A DNA stretch of 47,991 bases from Nemertoderma westbladi (GCA_032718475.1 JAUCBJ010000464.1:1-47991), one strand, 5' to 3'; counted from the stretch's first letter, positions 22,301 through 35,564 are shown. The notes: generated from the sequence alone by a model not told the origin. Numbers and translations: made by a program.

Positions 22301-22648
22301 AATTGTTCAAACGCCATATTTATGTGTGAGATTTTAACAATTGGATTAAATTTGACCGAAATTTGTAACTATGCCAATTTCTAATTATTTTCTATTTTTC
22401 ATATCATTAGTTCTATCTGAGTTCAACTCTTTTTAGCGACCTACACTTTTATTTTAACATGTAATAATATTTTAGCGTATTTTAATTTCGTTTTTAATCT
22501 TATTTTAATATGGTACCATAGTATAAGTAGTTTTGTTTTATTCACTGTTCAACTTTCTCCTGTTTTATTTTATTATGTGCAGTTTTATTTATACGCTTCT
22601 ACGACAGCGGTGTCTCCACCCAAATAATATAATAATAATAATAATAAC
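19345..22648 (+). mobile_element. Decayed, 5'-truncated CR1-type LINE (APE endonuclease end plus RT)
   Basis: VGDFNWPD, NTLDLLL, SDH, NYRPISLTS, DYAKAFDTV, GVPQGS, YADD, RPRLEY and LRGH motifs split over several frames; (TAA)n tail near 22623-22648. Confidence 0.9.
20136..20729 (-). mobile_element. 5'-truncated RTE-clade LINE fragment nested in the CR1
   Basis: KVRLFRAAVVPVLLYGSPCW and RLRFAGHCFR C-terminal RTE motifs; (TAG)n tail; 12-bp TSD GTTTCCGACAAT at 20124-20135 and 20730-20741. Confidence 0.88.
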
Positions 22649-23311
22649 GCTAAATTCACAGGCTGACAGGTATTGTGTTTAGCGGCTATAGAATCGCAGG
22701 GAACACTACACGGAATGGGTATGATTGAAACTGAAAGCACCCAGCCCCAGCCACCGTACCTCAACGGGAAGTATTGCCATAGTATTGGTATTGGGACAGC
22801 ATAAACCGATGGAATGGATACAATATCCAATCACTACGCTAGTGTCGGAAGATTTCGCAAACACGTGTCCGAAACAAAGAAAAAAATGGAGATGGATGAA
22901 AGGTCCGCGACCTACGAATCTACCGTTACTGTCGAAGCAACAGCGACACACAGACACAAATAGGCAAGAGCTGCTGGGACCGCGACCGGTGGAGAACCCG
23001 GAGATTGGATGGCCACATTTAACTTTAACCAGATATTTTTATTGGTATATTGGTGAGGTACATAGGATGACTAGTTGATATCAGAAACAATATAAATTGC
23101 AAGTCACAAAACCATTATTATTCACGACACTTCTTCTGGGGTCAATCCATATCGCTCGACAGGTTTATCCGACAGCAGGTGCCCTTGCCGAACTCAGAGA
23201 AAGTGAGAGACGGGAGGTAGACATTTAACTAGAGATACACTCAGGAATCGGATAGTACGATTTCGAACTCTCACCACCCTAACGAAATCTACTAACAAAC
23301 AAGCGTTTTCT

Positions 23312-23655
23312 CTTATATTTTCTGCTGTGTAGAGTTTCCCCCTATATTTTCTGTTGTGTAGATTTTTCCCCAATATTTTCTGTTGTGTAGCGTTTCCCCC
23401 TACAGTATATAATCTGATGCATAGCATTCCCCATATCTCTATATTTTCTGCTATGTATTATTTCCCCATATATTTTCTGCTATAGTGTTTCCAGTTTCTC
23501 CACTATATTTTCTGCTATATAGTATTCATTACCCCCTCCCTACATTCTCTGCTGCAGCTGCATAGCATTTCCCCTTATATTGCCCCCCCCCCCCCCCCCC
23601 CCCCAATATCTTCTGCTCTGCTATTTAGCATTTCCCCCTATAATGTCTGCTGTGA
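23312..23655. repeat. Degenerate minisatellite (about 27-30 bp, ATATTTTCTGCTGTGTAG-TTTCCCC) with a poly-C run
   Basis: About ten degenerate units run up to and overlap the cytohesin stop codon. Confidence 0.8.
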
Positions 23656-24825
23656 AGCGCTCTTCTTCCTAATACTCAATATCTCATTCAAGGCATCTCT
23701 GCTAATACTGGCTCGTATACTTTTCATCCATTCCTTCTTTTCCAAACTGTACTGGGCACTCATTCGGTAGGCCGTGTGTTTCCCCGGTACCATCCTCCCA
23801 TCCGAATCAGCCTTACAAGCCTGTATATATCCGTCAGACTGTCCCGAAACACTGTAGATCTCGAAACAGTTGGGTTTCTTGGAGTCTTCTACCTCCTTTA
23901 TGCTAACATTCTTTAATGGTACGATACCTTTTGGCTCTTTATCCTGGATGTTCTCAAAATAATACAGACAATTTTCAGTTAAAATAAACCAACGGCGTCT
24001 CCACGACTTGTAACGACCTCCTTGTTTCCATAGATACCCCTCTTTATCGGGATTAAAGAATGTGTGAGTAAGATCTGATCCATCATCATCTGGGACGGCA
24101 AAGGGCTCCTCACGAATGTTCGCGTAGAGATTGCGTAGTAACTCCTCGGGGAGATCGGAACCGTCGTTAATACCGCGGTTCATAAGGATGAACCGCTCCA
24201 CCGAGGGTTTATCCTTCACATTCGGGTTGTGTAAACTCGTGTTCAGCATAATTATAGCGAAGGAAAGAACGAAACAGGTATCCGTGTTGCTGAACATACT
24301 TGGGTTGCACTCACAGTAACGCAGCGCGAACGTTTCCATCATACGGTCGATCTTCTGAGCTTCTCCCGGAAGTCGGAACGTCCATAGAAACTGACGCAAC
24401 GCGTTGACTAACAGCAGATCCGTAAAGTTATGACGCTCGACGAATTTGTGGAGGACAGGAACGTTCCCCAACTCGCCTAGATATTCCCCTATCATGGTTT
24501 TATTCAATCCGTCTACGTTAAACAAATACTCCGACTTGCTTTCCGGGGTGTCCTCGATAAGATTATTGGCTATCATGTACTCGATTCCTTTGTTGCAATC
24601 GACATTAAACATCCGACGACCAATTGCTAACGATTTTGATCGCGTTGTCGCTTTCGCGTCTAACGGTACCGGCTCTAAGCGGTCCAACTCCTGCGTTATT
24701 GATTGAATTTCGTTCTTAATTTCTTGGATTTCTTTAAGAAGTTCTATTTTCATTTTATGGATGTCGGCCAGTAATTCGCGCGTTTCAGCAGTCAAATCTG
24801 CGCCAAAATTTGAATATTTATCCAT
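23638..24825 (-). CDS. CYTH: Cytohesin family Arf guanine-nucleotide exchange factor (coiled coil-Sec7-PH-polybasic), single exon, 395 aa
   Basis: N-terminal coiled coil; Sec7 [12 protein letters not shown] with catalytic Glu and [16 protein letters not shown]; PH domain [15 protein letters not shown]...[15 protein letters not shown]; basic tail IRKK. First ATG at 24825; the longer ORF call runs into a MITE. Confidence 0.95.
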   Translation of the reverse strand: MDKYSNFGADLTAETRELLADIHKMKIELLKEIQEIKNEIQSITQELDRLEPVPLDAKATTRSKSLAIGRRMFNVDCNKGIEYMIANNLIEDTPESKSEYLFNVDGLNKTMIGEYLGELGNVPVLHKFVERHNFTDLLLVNALRQFLWTFRLPGEAQKIDRMMETFALRYCECNPSMFSNTDTCFVLSFAIIMLNTSLHNPNVKDKPSVERFILMNRGINDGSDLPEELLRNLYANIREEPFAVPDDDGSDLTHTFFNPDKEGYLWKQGGRYKSWRRRWFILTENCLYYFENIQDKEPKGIVPLKNVSIKEVEDSKKPNCFEIYSVSGQSDGYIQACKADSDGRMVPGKHTAYRMSAQYSLEKKEWMKSIRASISRDALNEILSIRKKSASQQTL

Positions 24826-24859
24826 GCTCGGCTGGTCTTGCTTTATGTACACTAGACTT

Positions 24860-25405
24860 CTGCCGTGCAATGTAAAAAGACCGCAAGTCACAAAAAGTCA
24901 TTTCGAGTAAAACGCAAATTACTGTTTTCCTTCCGATTGTTGGTTTAAAATGTCCGTAAATTACTATTTTTTATAACCCTACGCAATTGGGGGTGGGAAA
25001 TTTTTATACGTGATTATTTTTCACTTTTCATTAATATTTTGACTTCAGGGTAATTTTTTCTACTTACGGTGTTTTTTCATTATACAAAACTGTATGTAAA
25101 TACATATTTCAAGACACATATTTCAAAAAAACCGTATGTGCGTTTTCTTATTATCTATGCAATGACAAAACACCGCAAGTCTTGTTGACTTACGGTTTTT
25201 TTTGCATAAATTTAAGTGACTCGTTGTTTTTCCTTTGTAACACTATATATATGTTGTGCCTTACGGCCTTTCTACATTGCATATCTTGAGAACTAGAGTG
25301 TATACGGTGTTCTCGATTTTACCATTAGATAGAGCGCATTTTTTAGACCCAGAAAAGTGAATTTTGGAAAAATGCGACTAACTGTCTTTTTACATTGCAC
25401 GGCAG
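24860..25405. mobile_element. MITE with 22-bp TIRs and 4-bp TSD (possibly Sola-type)
   Basis: TIR CTGCCGTGCAATGTAAAAAGAC (24860-24881) and its reverse complement at 25384-25405; TSD ACTT on both sides. Confidence 0.85.
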
Positions 25406-27719
25406 ACTTATCAAGGCAACAAGGCACCAAGGATATTTTTAGAAGCTTGTTAACAGTTCACAGTTGAATGAGCTTCATTTTATAAAATCTAGCGCCATAT
25501 TCGTTAGGTAGCAACTAAGTTGTAAAATCTTTTTCCAAAACTTGTATTGTAAAAGCTATGGTGGCAATGAATGGCCATTTAGGCAATTCTTTAATCATAA
25601 TTTGAAAAAGTTGTTTTATTTATTTTATACACGTTTTATAACCATCCTATTCTTTTTAAATACAAACCTGGCTTTTGTCTAAAAATGTTCTATACATACA
25701 TTTTTTCAAAATAAAATAGTAGTCTAGTACATTTCCAAAGAAAGAAATTCATAAAAACTAGCTAGTAGATAAAATTTGGTGGGGGCCGGGGGGTGTTCGC
25801 ATACTGCACCAGTACCCCCCCCCCCCCCCCCCCCCCGTACAACAACGTAAATTTTAAAGCCCGGTCGAAATAGTGTTAACAAGGTGCAAAAATTGATCAA
25901 AAAGTATGTACCAAAAATTTGGTTTTGTGAATTTAAAAACAGTAGCTACCTAAAAACCACTAGCTATGTAACAAAAAAACCAATAGAAAACGTCTCGGCA
26001 CTACTACAGTATGTGTATTGACCATATTTTTTATGACCATATTTTTTTACTATAACTAGTTTTTGCTACTTTTTTTTCGAACTATTATATTTCATGTTAG
26101 CTGATTGTTAGGTAAAAAAATTATGTTCTAGAACAAATATTTTTTGTTCTAGAACATTTTTATATATAAAAAAAATTTATTAAAAATTTATTATTATGTG
26201 TAATAAATTGTTGATTTATCTATAAACATTAAAAAATACATATTATCAGGCTAGCTAGTGATTTTCCAAATTAGCTATTATTTTTAAAAAAAAATTCAAA
26301 AAAAAAATTTCTTAAAAATTAGTAATTATGTGTAATAAATAGTTTATTTATCTATAAACATTTAACATTTTTTTAAAAAAATACAAATTATCAGGCTAGC
26401 TAGTGATTTTAAAAAATTATTAAAAAATTAAAAAATTATTAAAAAAAATGTTTTTTCAAAATTATATTCTTTTCTTTTATACTATTCTTTGGAAATCTCA
26501 ATAATATTTGTATCTTTAGAGCACTTTATGTTTTCGTGACGTGGCAATTTATTTAACGAAAACAGTTAAAGTGAACCTACTACTGTAAACATTAAAAAAC
26601 ATTCTAGAATAATATTTTGAAGTATTTAAAGGCGACAGATTAACATTTTAAGGTGTATTATTAGGAATTATAAATTTTTAAAAAAATGTTCTAGAACAAA
26701 AAAGATTTGTTCTAAAACATTTTTTTTTTGCAAAACTATATCTAATATGACATAGAACATTAAAAAAACAAAGTAGCAAAAACATAATAAGGAACACTCT
26801 TTCTGTCAACACAAAAAGTAATGTTTCCATTACAGCTAGTTTTTGCTATTTTTTTTAAATGTTATAGAACACGTGTTAGAACACATTTTATATTTTTTAT
26901 ACTAGCTAGATTTTTTTACTTTTTTATAAATGTTATAGAACAATTATTGTTAGTTATGAATTTTGATAAAAATTTTTGTTCAGAACACATTTTTTTTCAA
27001 GAACATTTTTTGGAAAAAAATACCAACCTACTGTTAGAAGGTCAAATATTTGTTCTAAAAAAAAACCTCGAGGTAAAGGTTTTTGATATTAAAAAAATGG
27101 TGAAACAATGGGTACGCAAGGTACTGTATAGTAATGCCCGTATTTCACTATGGAAGAAGCTTCGATGGACGATATTTATGGTGAAGTAGTCCCAAATAAT
27201 AGTGAGAAGACTTACAACAAATAAAACTACGTAAGTTGTGGCAAAAAGTAACATTTTTTGTCTTGCTTTCTTTCAAGCCTTATTTTTTGCCACCACTTAA
27301 ATAGTTATTATCGCTTTTGGAAATTTTTCAATACTATTGATAATTTTTATACAACTTTTGCTAACGAAAATGGTGCTTAAATCGCTATAGCTCGCTCAAT
27401 ATTTTTTTGTTATTTTCATTTTTTTAAGTAAAATTTAATGCTCTCTGGTTGTTTTTCACATGCTTTTTCACGTGAAACCAACGAAAACTATGGAACAGTA
27501 GTAGATGTGATCAGAATAATTATATACCATATTAGTAATTTAATTTAATTGACTTTTAGTTTTTAATTAATTTGTCCCCCGCTCCCAGTCATACTATTCA
27601 ATTCGCAAAGCAAGATGTTTATTATATTAAGATAATTTTCTGTCAAAGCTAATTCTCATTATTCTCGAATAATGATGATTAATGAATTTCGTTTAATAAT
27701 ACAAATATTCCACCATTAT

Positions 27720-28030
27720 GTATCACATTATGCAGTACACTCAAAGCCTTGACGTGTGCAGCTACTGTACATCTCAAACTGTGCTACATTTTACTGCAGT
27801 TGCATTGCAACGAAGGATTCTTAATACTGTAGTTGTTCAGGGCCAGGAGGCCTGTCTGTCATGACTGGAACCACCTTATTCTCTAGGCCTACTACATCCC
27901 AACCATTTAAATTGCATTCATTTGTCACTCAATCCCATCCAAACCATACAGTGCAGTGTAGTTGGCGATAATAGCTCGTTGGGAATGGAATATTGTACAG
28001 TAGCTGCTGAGAAGTTGGATGCAGATTTTC
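27720..28030 (-). pseudogene. Heavily decayed C-terminus of an Academ-like DNA transposase
   Basis: Across frameshifts the minus strand reads PTS.AA..YHS.RA...VWMG...GW...VPVMTDRPPGPEQL..ILRCNC followed by Cys-rich codons, as in the LPPT...GW...PAP...Cys8 tail; family assignment is from memory. Confidence 0.45.
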
Positions 28031-29689
28031 TGGTTTCAGAACAAATTTATATTTTTAAATCTTTTTATATAATACTGTATATTGTGTCACTTAATTTCCC
28101 GTTAACTAAAGAAATTGCTTTATTTCCTGCTTCTTTTGATTGTCGATTTAGTTATTTGCTGTGCCACCGGGACCAGCCCATTTCTGTGTGACAGTCATTG
28201 ATTATTCTCCAATGATACAATTGTGCTGGCAAAGAGCACAAACATGGGTAGGAATATTTCTATTTTTACCTTATTGATATCAATTAATTTATTCGTTATG
28301 CAAATCTAGTAAATGCAGAGTAAATAATAAAATATGAAACAGAAAATAAACCAAGTGAATTGTGATAACAAAGGGTAAAACCTCGATATACACAAATAAA
28401 TGTTTGTCGAGAAAATCTTTTTAGTGTAAAATATCTAACACACCCAAATAATTATTTATTACATGGGAAAAAAGTAGAACTTTTTTTCACTATAGGCCTA
28501 CTCGAGGCATTTTATTTACCGTTACTAAAGGGTCGAGAGAACATCGAAAAAAAAGGGTCTTGGCCTACGTTTTATTTCAGATTTTAACAGATTTTAACCT
28601 TTACTGTGAATATATGGCAGCATGTCGGTCAATTGAGTTTACTTATTATTAAGAACTTGGTAAGTTATAAATATATTAATAGGGCCTACTAACTAACTGT
28701 ACTTGTCATTCTCATAAAGCTTAGTGTCACACTTATTCAGTTTATTAGTAACATTTGAATTGTATATTTTATTACTTGAATAAATATAACATACCGGTAC
28801 TGTATTTATTCAAGTTTTCCAAATAATTATTTGAAACGACTTCTCAGGATATTGTAGAATGCAATCAATTTTAATAGTCTTTCGCTCAAGTTGCTGGCTG
28901 GCTGTTGATTTTTTAAATGACTGCTCTTTTCCCATAAGTCATGGCCAACCCATTCTAATTACTGTATGTATTTTTTACTCTAATTATTTGAATAACCTCA
29001 TATCCTAAACACAGTGCAAAGTTTATATCTTATATATTAATACTGTATTTAATTTTACCTTAATTAATGACCCCCGTGAGTTCCTTAGAGCCTGGGTGTT
29101 TCTCTCCCACGTAGTTTTATTTAGTTATTAATCTAAAGGCCTACTGTACAGTTGTATGTGTTCATTATGTTTTTATCGTTAAACTTACTGAAAATACAGA
29201 TACAAAAGTTAACAAACATTATTTCATGTTGCTATGGTTTGTCAGGGCACATTTTGCCATTTTTTACCTAAATTTGACTCTTTTTGGCATATATGTCAGC
29301 TAGGCCTACCACAAACAAATTGAAAAGTGATCATACAGTAGGGTGTGTTTACACCACTCAATCATGATTCATGCCAAATTTCAGGTGAAGACGTTCATTT
29401 TTGGAAAAGCCTTTGAAATATGAAATAAATTGCATTCGTCAGAAAGTGCATTTAAAGTTTATGGTTAGGGTACTGTAATTTAAATAAGTCTGTCCATTGA
29501 ACTGTTGGAATGCACACAATCCAGCTAAAAAATTTGTTGCAGTTGTTAAAGATTTTTTCCGGATCGGTCATTTCATTTCCGAAGTGAGTTTTCTCATTTG
29601 ACACCGTCATGTCAGTCTGAATTGCTGTCTGTCTGTCCGTAAAAACATAACATAAAAGACATACCTGTATAACATAAAAATATAATGTG

Positions 29690-30430
29690 GCATTAACCTT
29701 ACCATACAATCATTACTGTTGTCAACTTCTCATTCCTATCCATGATGTACGTAGGCTACATGGCTTCAAGCAAACAAAATATAATATGGAAAAAAGTACA
29801 AAATTATGCTCTACGATCAATATTTGGAAAGAGGACGAGAGACTGCTCTGGCACCGAACTCCGGGGAAACGCAAAAATACCTCTGCTTTCATCATATCGT
29901 GAATATTTCGGCATAATTTTTCTTTACAAATTATTTAAACAATCTGTTAAAACCCTTTCAAAATCTATGTAGAATGTCAAAATCTGCCTTTTCTAAACAA
30001 CAAAATTCAAAACACAAATCCCCGCACACTGAAAATAAAAATACCGAAAACAAATAATAAATAAATACGGTTATAATAGCCTGACAATTAAATTAATCAA
30101 ACTCTGGAATAAGTTTACCTATAAAAACAAGAAAATCCACAAGTTTACCCGACCTTAAATCAAAATTATCAGAAACTATTATTAACCCGCTATTCCAGAG
30201 AAGAAGTAGCATAATGTAGTAAATACTGTAGGTGGTAAATATATTACTTACTATAGATAAACAGATAAACGATTTTTAATTACTTTAGCCTAATTAATTG
30301 GTAGACTTGTGTAAACGATATCACAGCACTGAGGCTTATTCCCATGCTATTTATCAGCATTCATTCTGCCTGTAATTTATTTATTTATTTACAGTTCTAT
30401 GGGAATATACTAAGATTATTATTATTATTT
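29690..30430 (+). mobile_element. Decayed 3' fragment of an L2/CR1-group LINE
   Basis: LPYNHYC, KKVQNYALRSIFG and KLWNK post-RT motifs, followed by an AT-rich UTR and an (ATT)n tail. Confidence 0.55.
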
Positions 30431-30454
30431 CATTTTAAACAATAAACATAATGT

Positions 30455-31170
30455 CGTCCCTTTCATTTTAAATAGGACAATATGATAATGCTCTCCATAG
30501 CGAAAAATATTGTCCTATTTACATTATATATTTAATTCACCGCGTCACTCACCCCACAACAATTCACTTATTATCAACAATTCACTTTCATTTTGAAACC
30601 ACCAATATGACATTTTTGCCGAAATGGAGATTGCTGCATTTCTTTCTGTTAAAATGTATTCTGAATCCGATTAACACACCTATATACCAGTTTTGCATAG
30701 ACCGCATGATAAAGAATTATTTTTTTGAAACAACCTATATAATACATGTTACTATTATAAATAGAGTAAGCCTGGGAAACGGTAATATAAAATTGGAAAA
30801 AACGTATCAGGAGCTAGAATTGTTGTTTATTATGATAGAGGGTGATTTGTTTTATATTTTTAAAACTTAATAATCGAATTTGTCTTGAGAGTTTTAATGC
30901 TTTTTGAGTAATCATTGTAAAAAATGTAATATTTTTTTTGAAACAACCAATATCCCTATACATTGTTTCCTACCTATAATATATTACATAATTCCAATAC
31001 CATAACTATTTTTGTTTAAAATCGTTACATTTAATGGATTTAAAAGTAAATAAGACCAAAATCTTGGAATATTACTTTCAAACATTAAACAAACAAAATT
31101 GGAATCGAAAATGCCGTTTTATAGGAAAAGTCAATTTTGTCATTTAGGTTGTTTGAAAATGAAAGGGACG
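30455..31170. mobile_element. MITE with TIR CGTCCCTTTCATTTT and 4-bp TSD ATGT (possibly Sola-type)
   Basis: ATGT|CGTCCCTTTCATTTT ... AAAATGAAAGGGACG|ATGT. Confidence 0.8.
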
Positions 31171-33043
31171 ATGTAGTAACATGTATGCATATACAATATA
31201 GTAAGTACTGTAGGCCTATATTTCGATTATTCTAATGCACAAATAACCAGAAAAGTGGCTCACAATGACAAACCGATATAGTATTTTGAATCAGTGCATA
31301 TAAATTGATCATAAAAGTTAAAATTGTATTATTTTTAAGCTGTAATGTCTAGAAAATTTAAAATGAACGGACCCGGGCCATGAAAAACCGGCCAATGTCC
31401 ATTCTGTAGGCCTACGTACATATATTTTAAAACAAATACAGTATGTATAAATAGTGTTTTATCTTAATTAGTTGTTGGTCCTTTACAGTATTAAACCTTT
31501 TCTTCAGTGCAACAGTGCGCTGGTGTCTTGAATATGCACGCTGGGTGTGCATTTCCGCTCTATCCTGAATCCGTGCCAGAATGGTAATTAAACACATAAG
31601 TGTTTCATCACGGGCATAGGGAAAATCGACAAAAAAGTTGCCCCCACTGGTACGGATTCAGGACATTACCTGCATTTCTAATGATATTTAATTTTAATCT
31701 TGATTCGCCATTTTATAATTATTTCAATTTATCACCCCTCGTAATATGAAGGTCAAGGTATCTCCCCCCCCCCCCGTCCCATCCGGGCACCAAATTTAAA
31801 GTAGAGAAGTGAGTGCTTCTCTGTAGGCCTACTATTTCCTGATTGGTTTTAAATTGGGTACCTATGGCAACGCTTTATCTGCACCTGGCTTCAATGCCAC
31901 ATGGATTGCTTTAAAAAAACGGTTGTTAGGCAAAAGCTAATCATTATTTTTTTCATTTTCCCTCTTCATTCTGCATTCAGTAAACAGCTGAACAGTAAAG
32001 ACTGATAGACGAAATCATTCATTCAATCATTCAGGCATTGCTGAATTCAGCGATTCACGCATTGCATAGGCCTAGTACAGTAGTACACGTTGTGGGGTCT
32101 TCGAGCAGCACGTGTTCAAATGTTCAATGACTGAGCAGCGACTAATTAACAAATTTATGAGAGATTCATTGACCAGCTACCGACAGACCAATATTGTGAC
32201 ATATATTTTAGTTTAATGTTTGATTCAATTAGAGGCACAAATTAAAAAGGCTACAAATATATAGGGGTGAATAATTAAATTAGTCACCCATTTAGGCCTA
32301 AAAGGTAGCCAAATATAAGTTGCAATCTATATAAATTTTTAAATTCAGTAGTGTGGGTGTGTTGTGTATTGATTCCGTAGATTTCATGTTGAAATAGCGT
32401 TCATTAATTTAATTTCTATTTAATGATTCATGCATACAATTACACACATTAAATTAGTTCGCGTGTGTTAAGTGTGTAAGATTTGATTGTTTCGTCACGA
32501 ACCCATTAGGGCACAGAAACTGACGGATTCTTCGCGAATTTCGCAAACGTCGCAAACTTCGGGAATTTGTTCTACAATTTTGACTCCTTAAGCAAAAGGG
32601 TCCCGAATGAGTTTTTTAACCTTTATTTTTTGTGATTTTGAGTGCTTTTTTTATACTAGTGAATATTACGCTGATGGCGAGCCATCAGCGAACTGATATA
32701 ATTATACTATGGCCGTTTCTCAAAAGTCTGTGTGTGACGTGTGTGTGAGTGTGTGTGTGTGTGTGTGTCGGTAGCCATAAATGTCGGAAGCCATAATCGA
32801 AGTTAATATCTTCAGCTAAATTGTACGGTTGAATCGAATTATTTCGATTCTTCTATCGGTAATTAATTATTTAGGGGGGTAACATTTATCCCATCTGGTA
32901 TAAAATTAACATGGGTAGATTCGCCGTGTCCCATTCTATCAAAGTCTTTACTTTATACTCGAGATTAATGTCAAGTTTTATAGTTATTATATATTTATAG
33001 TTATAGTATTTATAGTTTTATAGTTACAATTTTGACTCCTTAA

Positions 33044-33423
33044 GCAAAAGGGTCCCGAATGAGTTTTTTTAACCTTTATTTTTTGTGATTTTGAGTGCTT
33101 TTTTTATACTAGTGAATATTCTAGAACCTAGGTTAGTAGATTTTTAATGGTATATAGCTAGTATTTTTTACTAGCTAGTAATTTTTGGAAATTATTTTGG
33201 TCATTAATATATTCTTCAACAGTTTAACCTGAAATATCATGGACTTTCACATTTTTTATAATTTCAAAAAATACTAGCTAGCAAAAAATCACTAGCTATC
33301 ATAAAAAACATATCTACTAATGTTGTAGAACTTTCACCAATACCAAAAAAATTAAAAAACTCTAAAAAAGGATTGGTGAAAAATGGCTGGGGTGTCGACA
33401 GGGCGAAGTAGGGACCGTGTTGC
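33044..33423. mobile_element. TTAA-flanked MITE (possibly Kolobok-like)
   Basis: TTAA|GCAAAAGGGTCCC ... GGGACCGTGTTGC|TTAA imperfect TIRs, with internal inverted symmetry (TAGCTAGTA motifs). Confidence 0.6.
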
Positions 33424-33671
33424 TTAACCCCTTAGAGCCTATGACGTCCACTGCACGTCACAATGGACAGCACGAAGACGTGCAGTGGACGTCATGCTGG
33501 AATACATGTTTTATTGGAAGGCTCTTGGAGTAGGTATACTGGTGGATAGTATTAATGACATTTATTGCTCTTCGTGGCAAAAAATCCATTCTGTACTGTA
33601 GATAGGCTGTATTGTAGACTGTATTATTAGTGTTAGGTATATGGCGTAATGCCAACCACAGTACAGTAGTT

Positions 33672-34210
33672 CAGACTGACAGAGAGACCGACAGACAGAC
33701 AGACTAGATTTATGTAAACGTGTAAACTGACATCAGAAATGAAATCAGCAACCCTTAAACCCCCATAGCGAGAATGTTGGTTAGTTAGTATACTTTCTTA
33801 AGTTTTCACAGACTGACTGACAGAAAGACCGACAGCCAGACAGACTAGATTTTTTTTAAACGTGACAACTGACATCTGAAATAAACTTAGCACCCATTAA
33901 AACCCCCATAACAAGAATGTTAGTTAGTTTGTATTCTTTTTTAAGTTTTGACAGACTGACTGACTGACAGAAAGACCGACAAACAGACAGTCTAGATTTA
34001 TATAAACCTGAAAACTGACATCAGAAATGAAATCAGCACCCCTTAAAACCCCCATAGCGAGAATGTTAGTTAATTTGAATTCTCTTTTATGTTTTGACAG
34101 ACTGACTGACAGAATGACCGACAGACAGACAGACTAGATTTATGTAAACGTGAAAACTGACATCAGAAATGTAATCAGCACTCCTTAAAACCCCCATAGT
34201 GAGAATGTTA
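33672..34210. repeat. Tandem array (about 140 bp x4) with (GACA)n/(GACT)n microsatellite, Helentron/DINE-core-like
   Basis: Repeating CAGACTGACAG...CTAGATTTATGTAAACGTG...GAAATCAGCACCCCTTAAAACCCCCATAGCGAGAATGTTAG. Confidence 0.85.
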
Positions 34211-35564
34211 GCGACAAGTTTTAATTATTAACCATATTTCGTAAGATATATTTTAAAACATTTATTTATTAATAATGCAATAATTGAATAACCAGATAAC
34301 GGAACGACAAACCGAATTGAAACTTTTAATTACTAATAATAATTGTGGTGAGAGGTGATGGAAATCAAGGATATATGTTGTTATGTTATGGAGCACGCGT
34401 TGGTAGGCACAGACAGGCAATGAATTGATGTCTGTTGAGATGTATTGAAGGAGCACTATTCCTTCATTAGTAATAATATTAATGTCATTGAATAACTGAT
34501 ACCTAAACACACACACACCCCCCCCGTCAGCCAGTTCTATGGAGAGTGAGTGAATTGATAGGGAATTAATGCTATCCTACCATCCCCAACCAGCAGCAGT
34601 CTGCCTCTAACAGGCCAGGACATTCTCAGCGTTGCTAAGACACGGGAAGGAATTACTCCGTATTGACTGTCATTAGGCGGTTAGAGCCTGCGTGTGAATT
34701 AATTGATAAAAATGCAATTTTAATTGTAAATCAATAAATAACTATAAACCTTGACATTAATCTCGAGTATAAAGTAAAGACTTTGATAGAATGGGACACG
34801 GCGAATCTACCCATGTTAATTTTATACCAGATGGGATAAATGTTACCCCCCTAAATAATTAATTAACGATAGAAGAATCGAAATAATTCGATTCAACCCT
34901 ACAATTTAGCTGAAGATATTAACTTCGATTATGGCTTCCGACATTTATGGCTACCGACACACACACACACACAGACTTTTGAGAAACGGCCATAGTATAA
35001 TTATATCAGTTCGCTGATGGCTCGCCATACGTGTCTCGCCCCACATTACATATTGAAGTACCGATCTGCCGATCAGCCGAGTAGTGTCTACATCATTGTC
35101 CAGAATAGGGTGTTTCCCTTCACTTCTATGGGGCTTTCTATTATTCCTACCTGTCCCAAATACGTTGTGTAATGATTTCCAACCTGTCCAATATAGGGGC
35201 ATCCAATGAAATCATCATATGAGCCAACTCCTCGTCATCGAACCAATACCAACATTCCTAAAGTTAGGCATCTCCCTTATTGGCTGTATAATGTAAAGGT
35301 TAATGGAAAATTCCACTGATATATAATCCAAGTGTCAGCTACGAATCCGGGGCTCATTATAACAACCTATACTGGACAGAGCAACGTATTTGGGACAAGA
35401 GCTGGTTGAGGTATATGTACAGTGGAAATTCCCATTCTAAATAAGGGCATTTGGAATACATGTTCCCTAGTTATGGTTAAAGATATACTGTGGGTGCCTT
35501 GCAAATGGCCTGTAAGACTGTGATGCATTATAGGCTATAGTGTCACCATAGTCACGTTAGTTCA

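Larger units (their letters stand above)
32674..35028. repeat. Near-identical inverted repeat pair of about 300 bp (32674-32987 and 34738-35028) containing a (GT)n/(CA)n tract
   Basis: Direct reverse-complement match apart from microsatellite length and a few substitutions. Confidence 0.9.

Noticed and set aside
22650-23300. GC-richer segment with short ORFs and a B-box-like GTTCGAAATC on the minus strand
   Set aside because: No recognisable protein motif, A-box or cloverleaf; cannot support a SINE, tRNA or exon.
24826-24891. 22-aa N-terminal extension of cytohesin in the ORF track
   Set aside because: Non-ATG start lying inside the MITE terminal repeat.
25930-27200. AT-rich region with local direct and inverted repeats and a 122-aa ORF
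   Set aside because: Probably a decayed foldback-type element, but the ends are undefined and the ORF is low-complexity.
33424-33495. TTAACCCC end plus 19-bp-stem hairpin resembling a piggyBac-type MITE end
   Set aside because: No matching opposite terminus found in the window.
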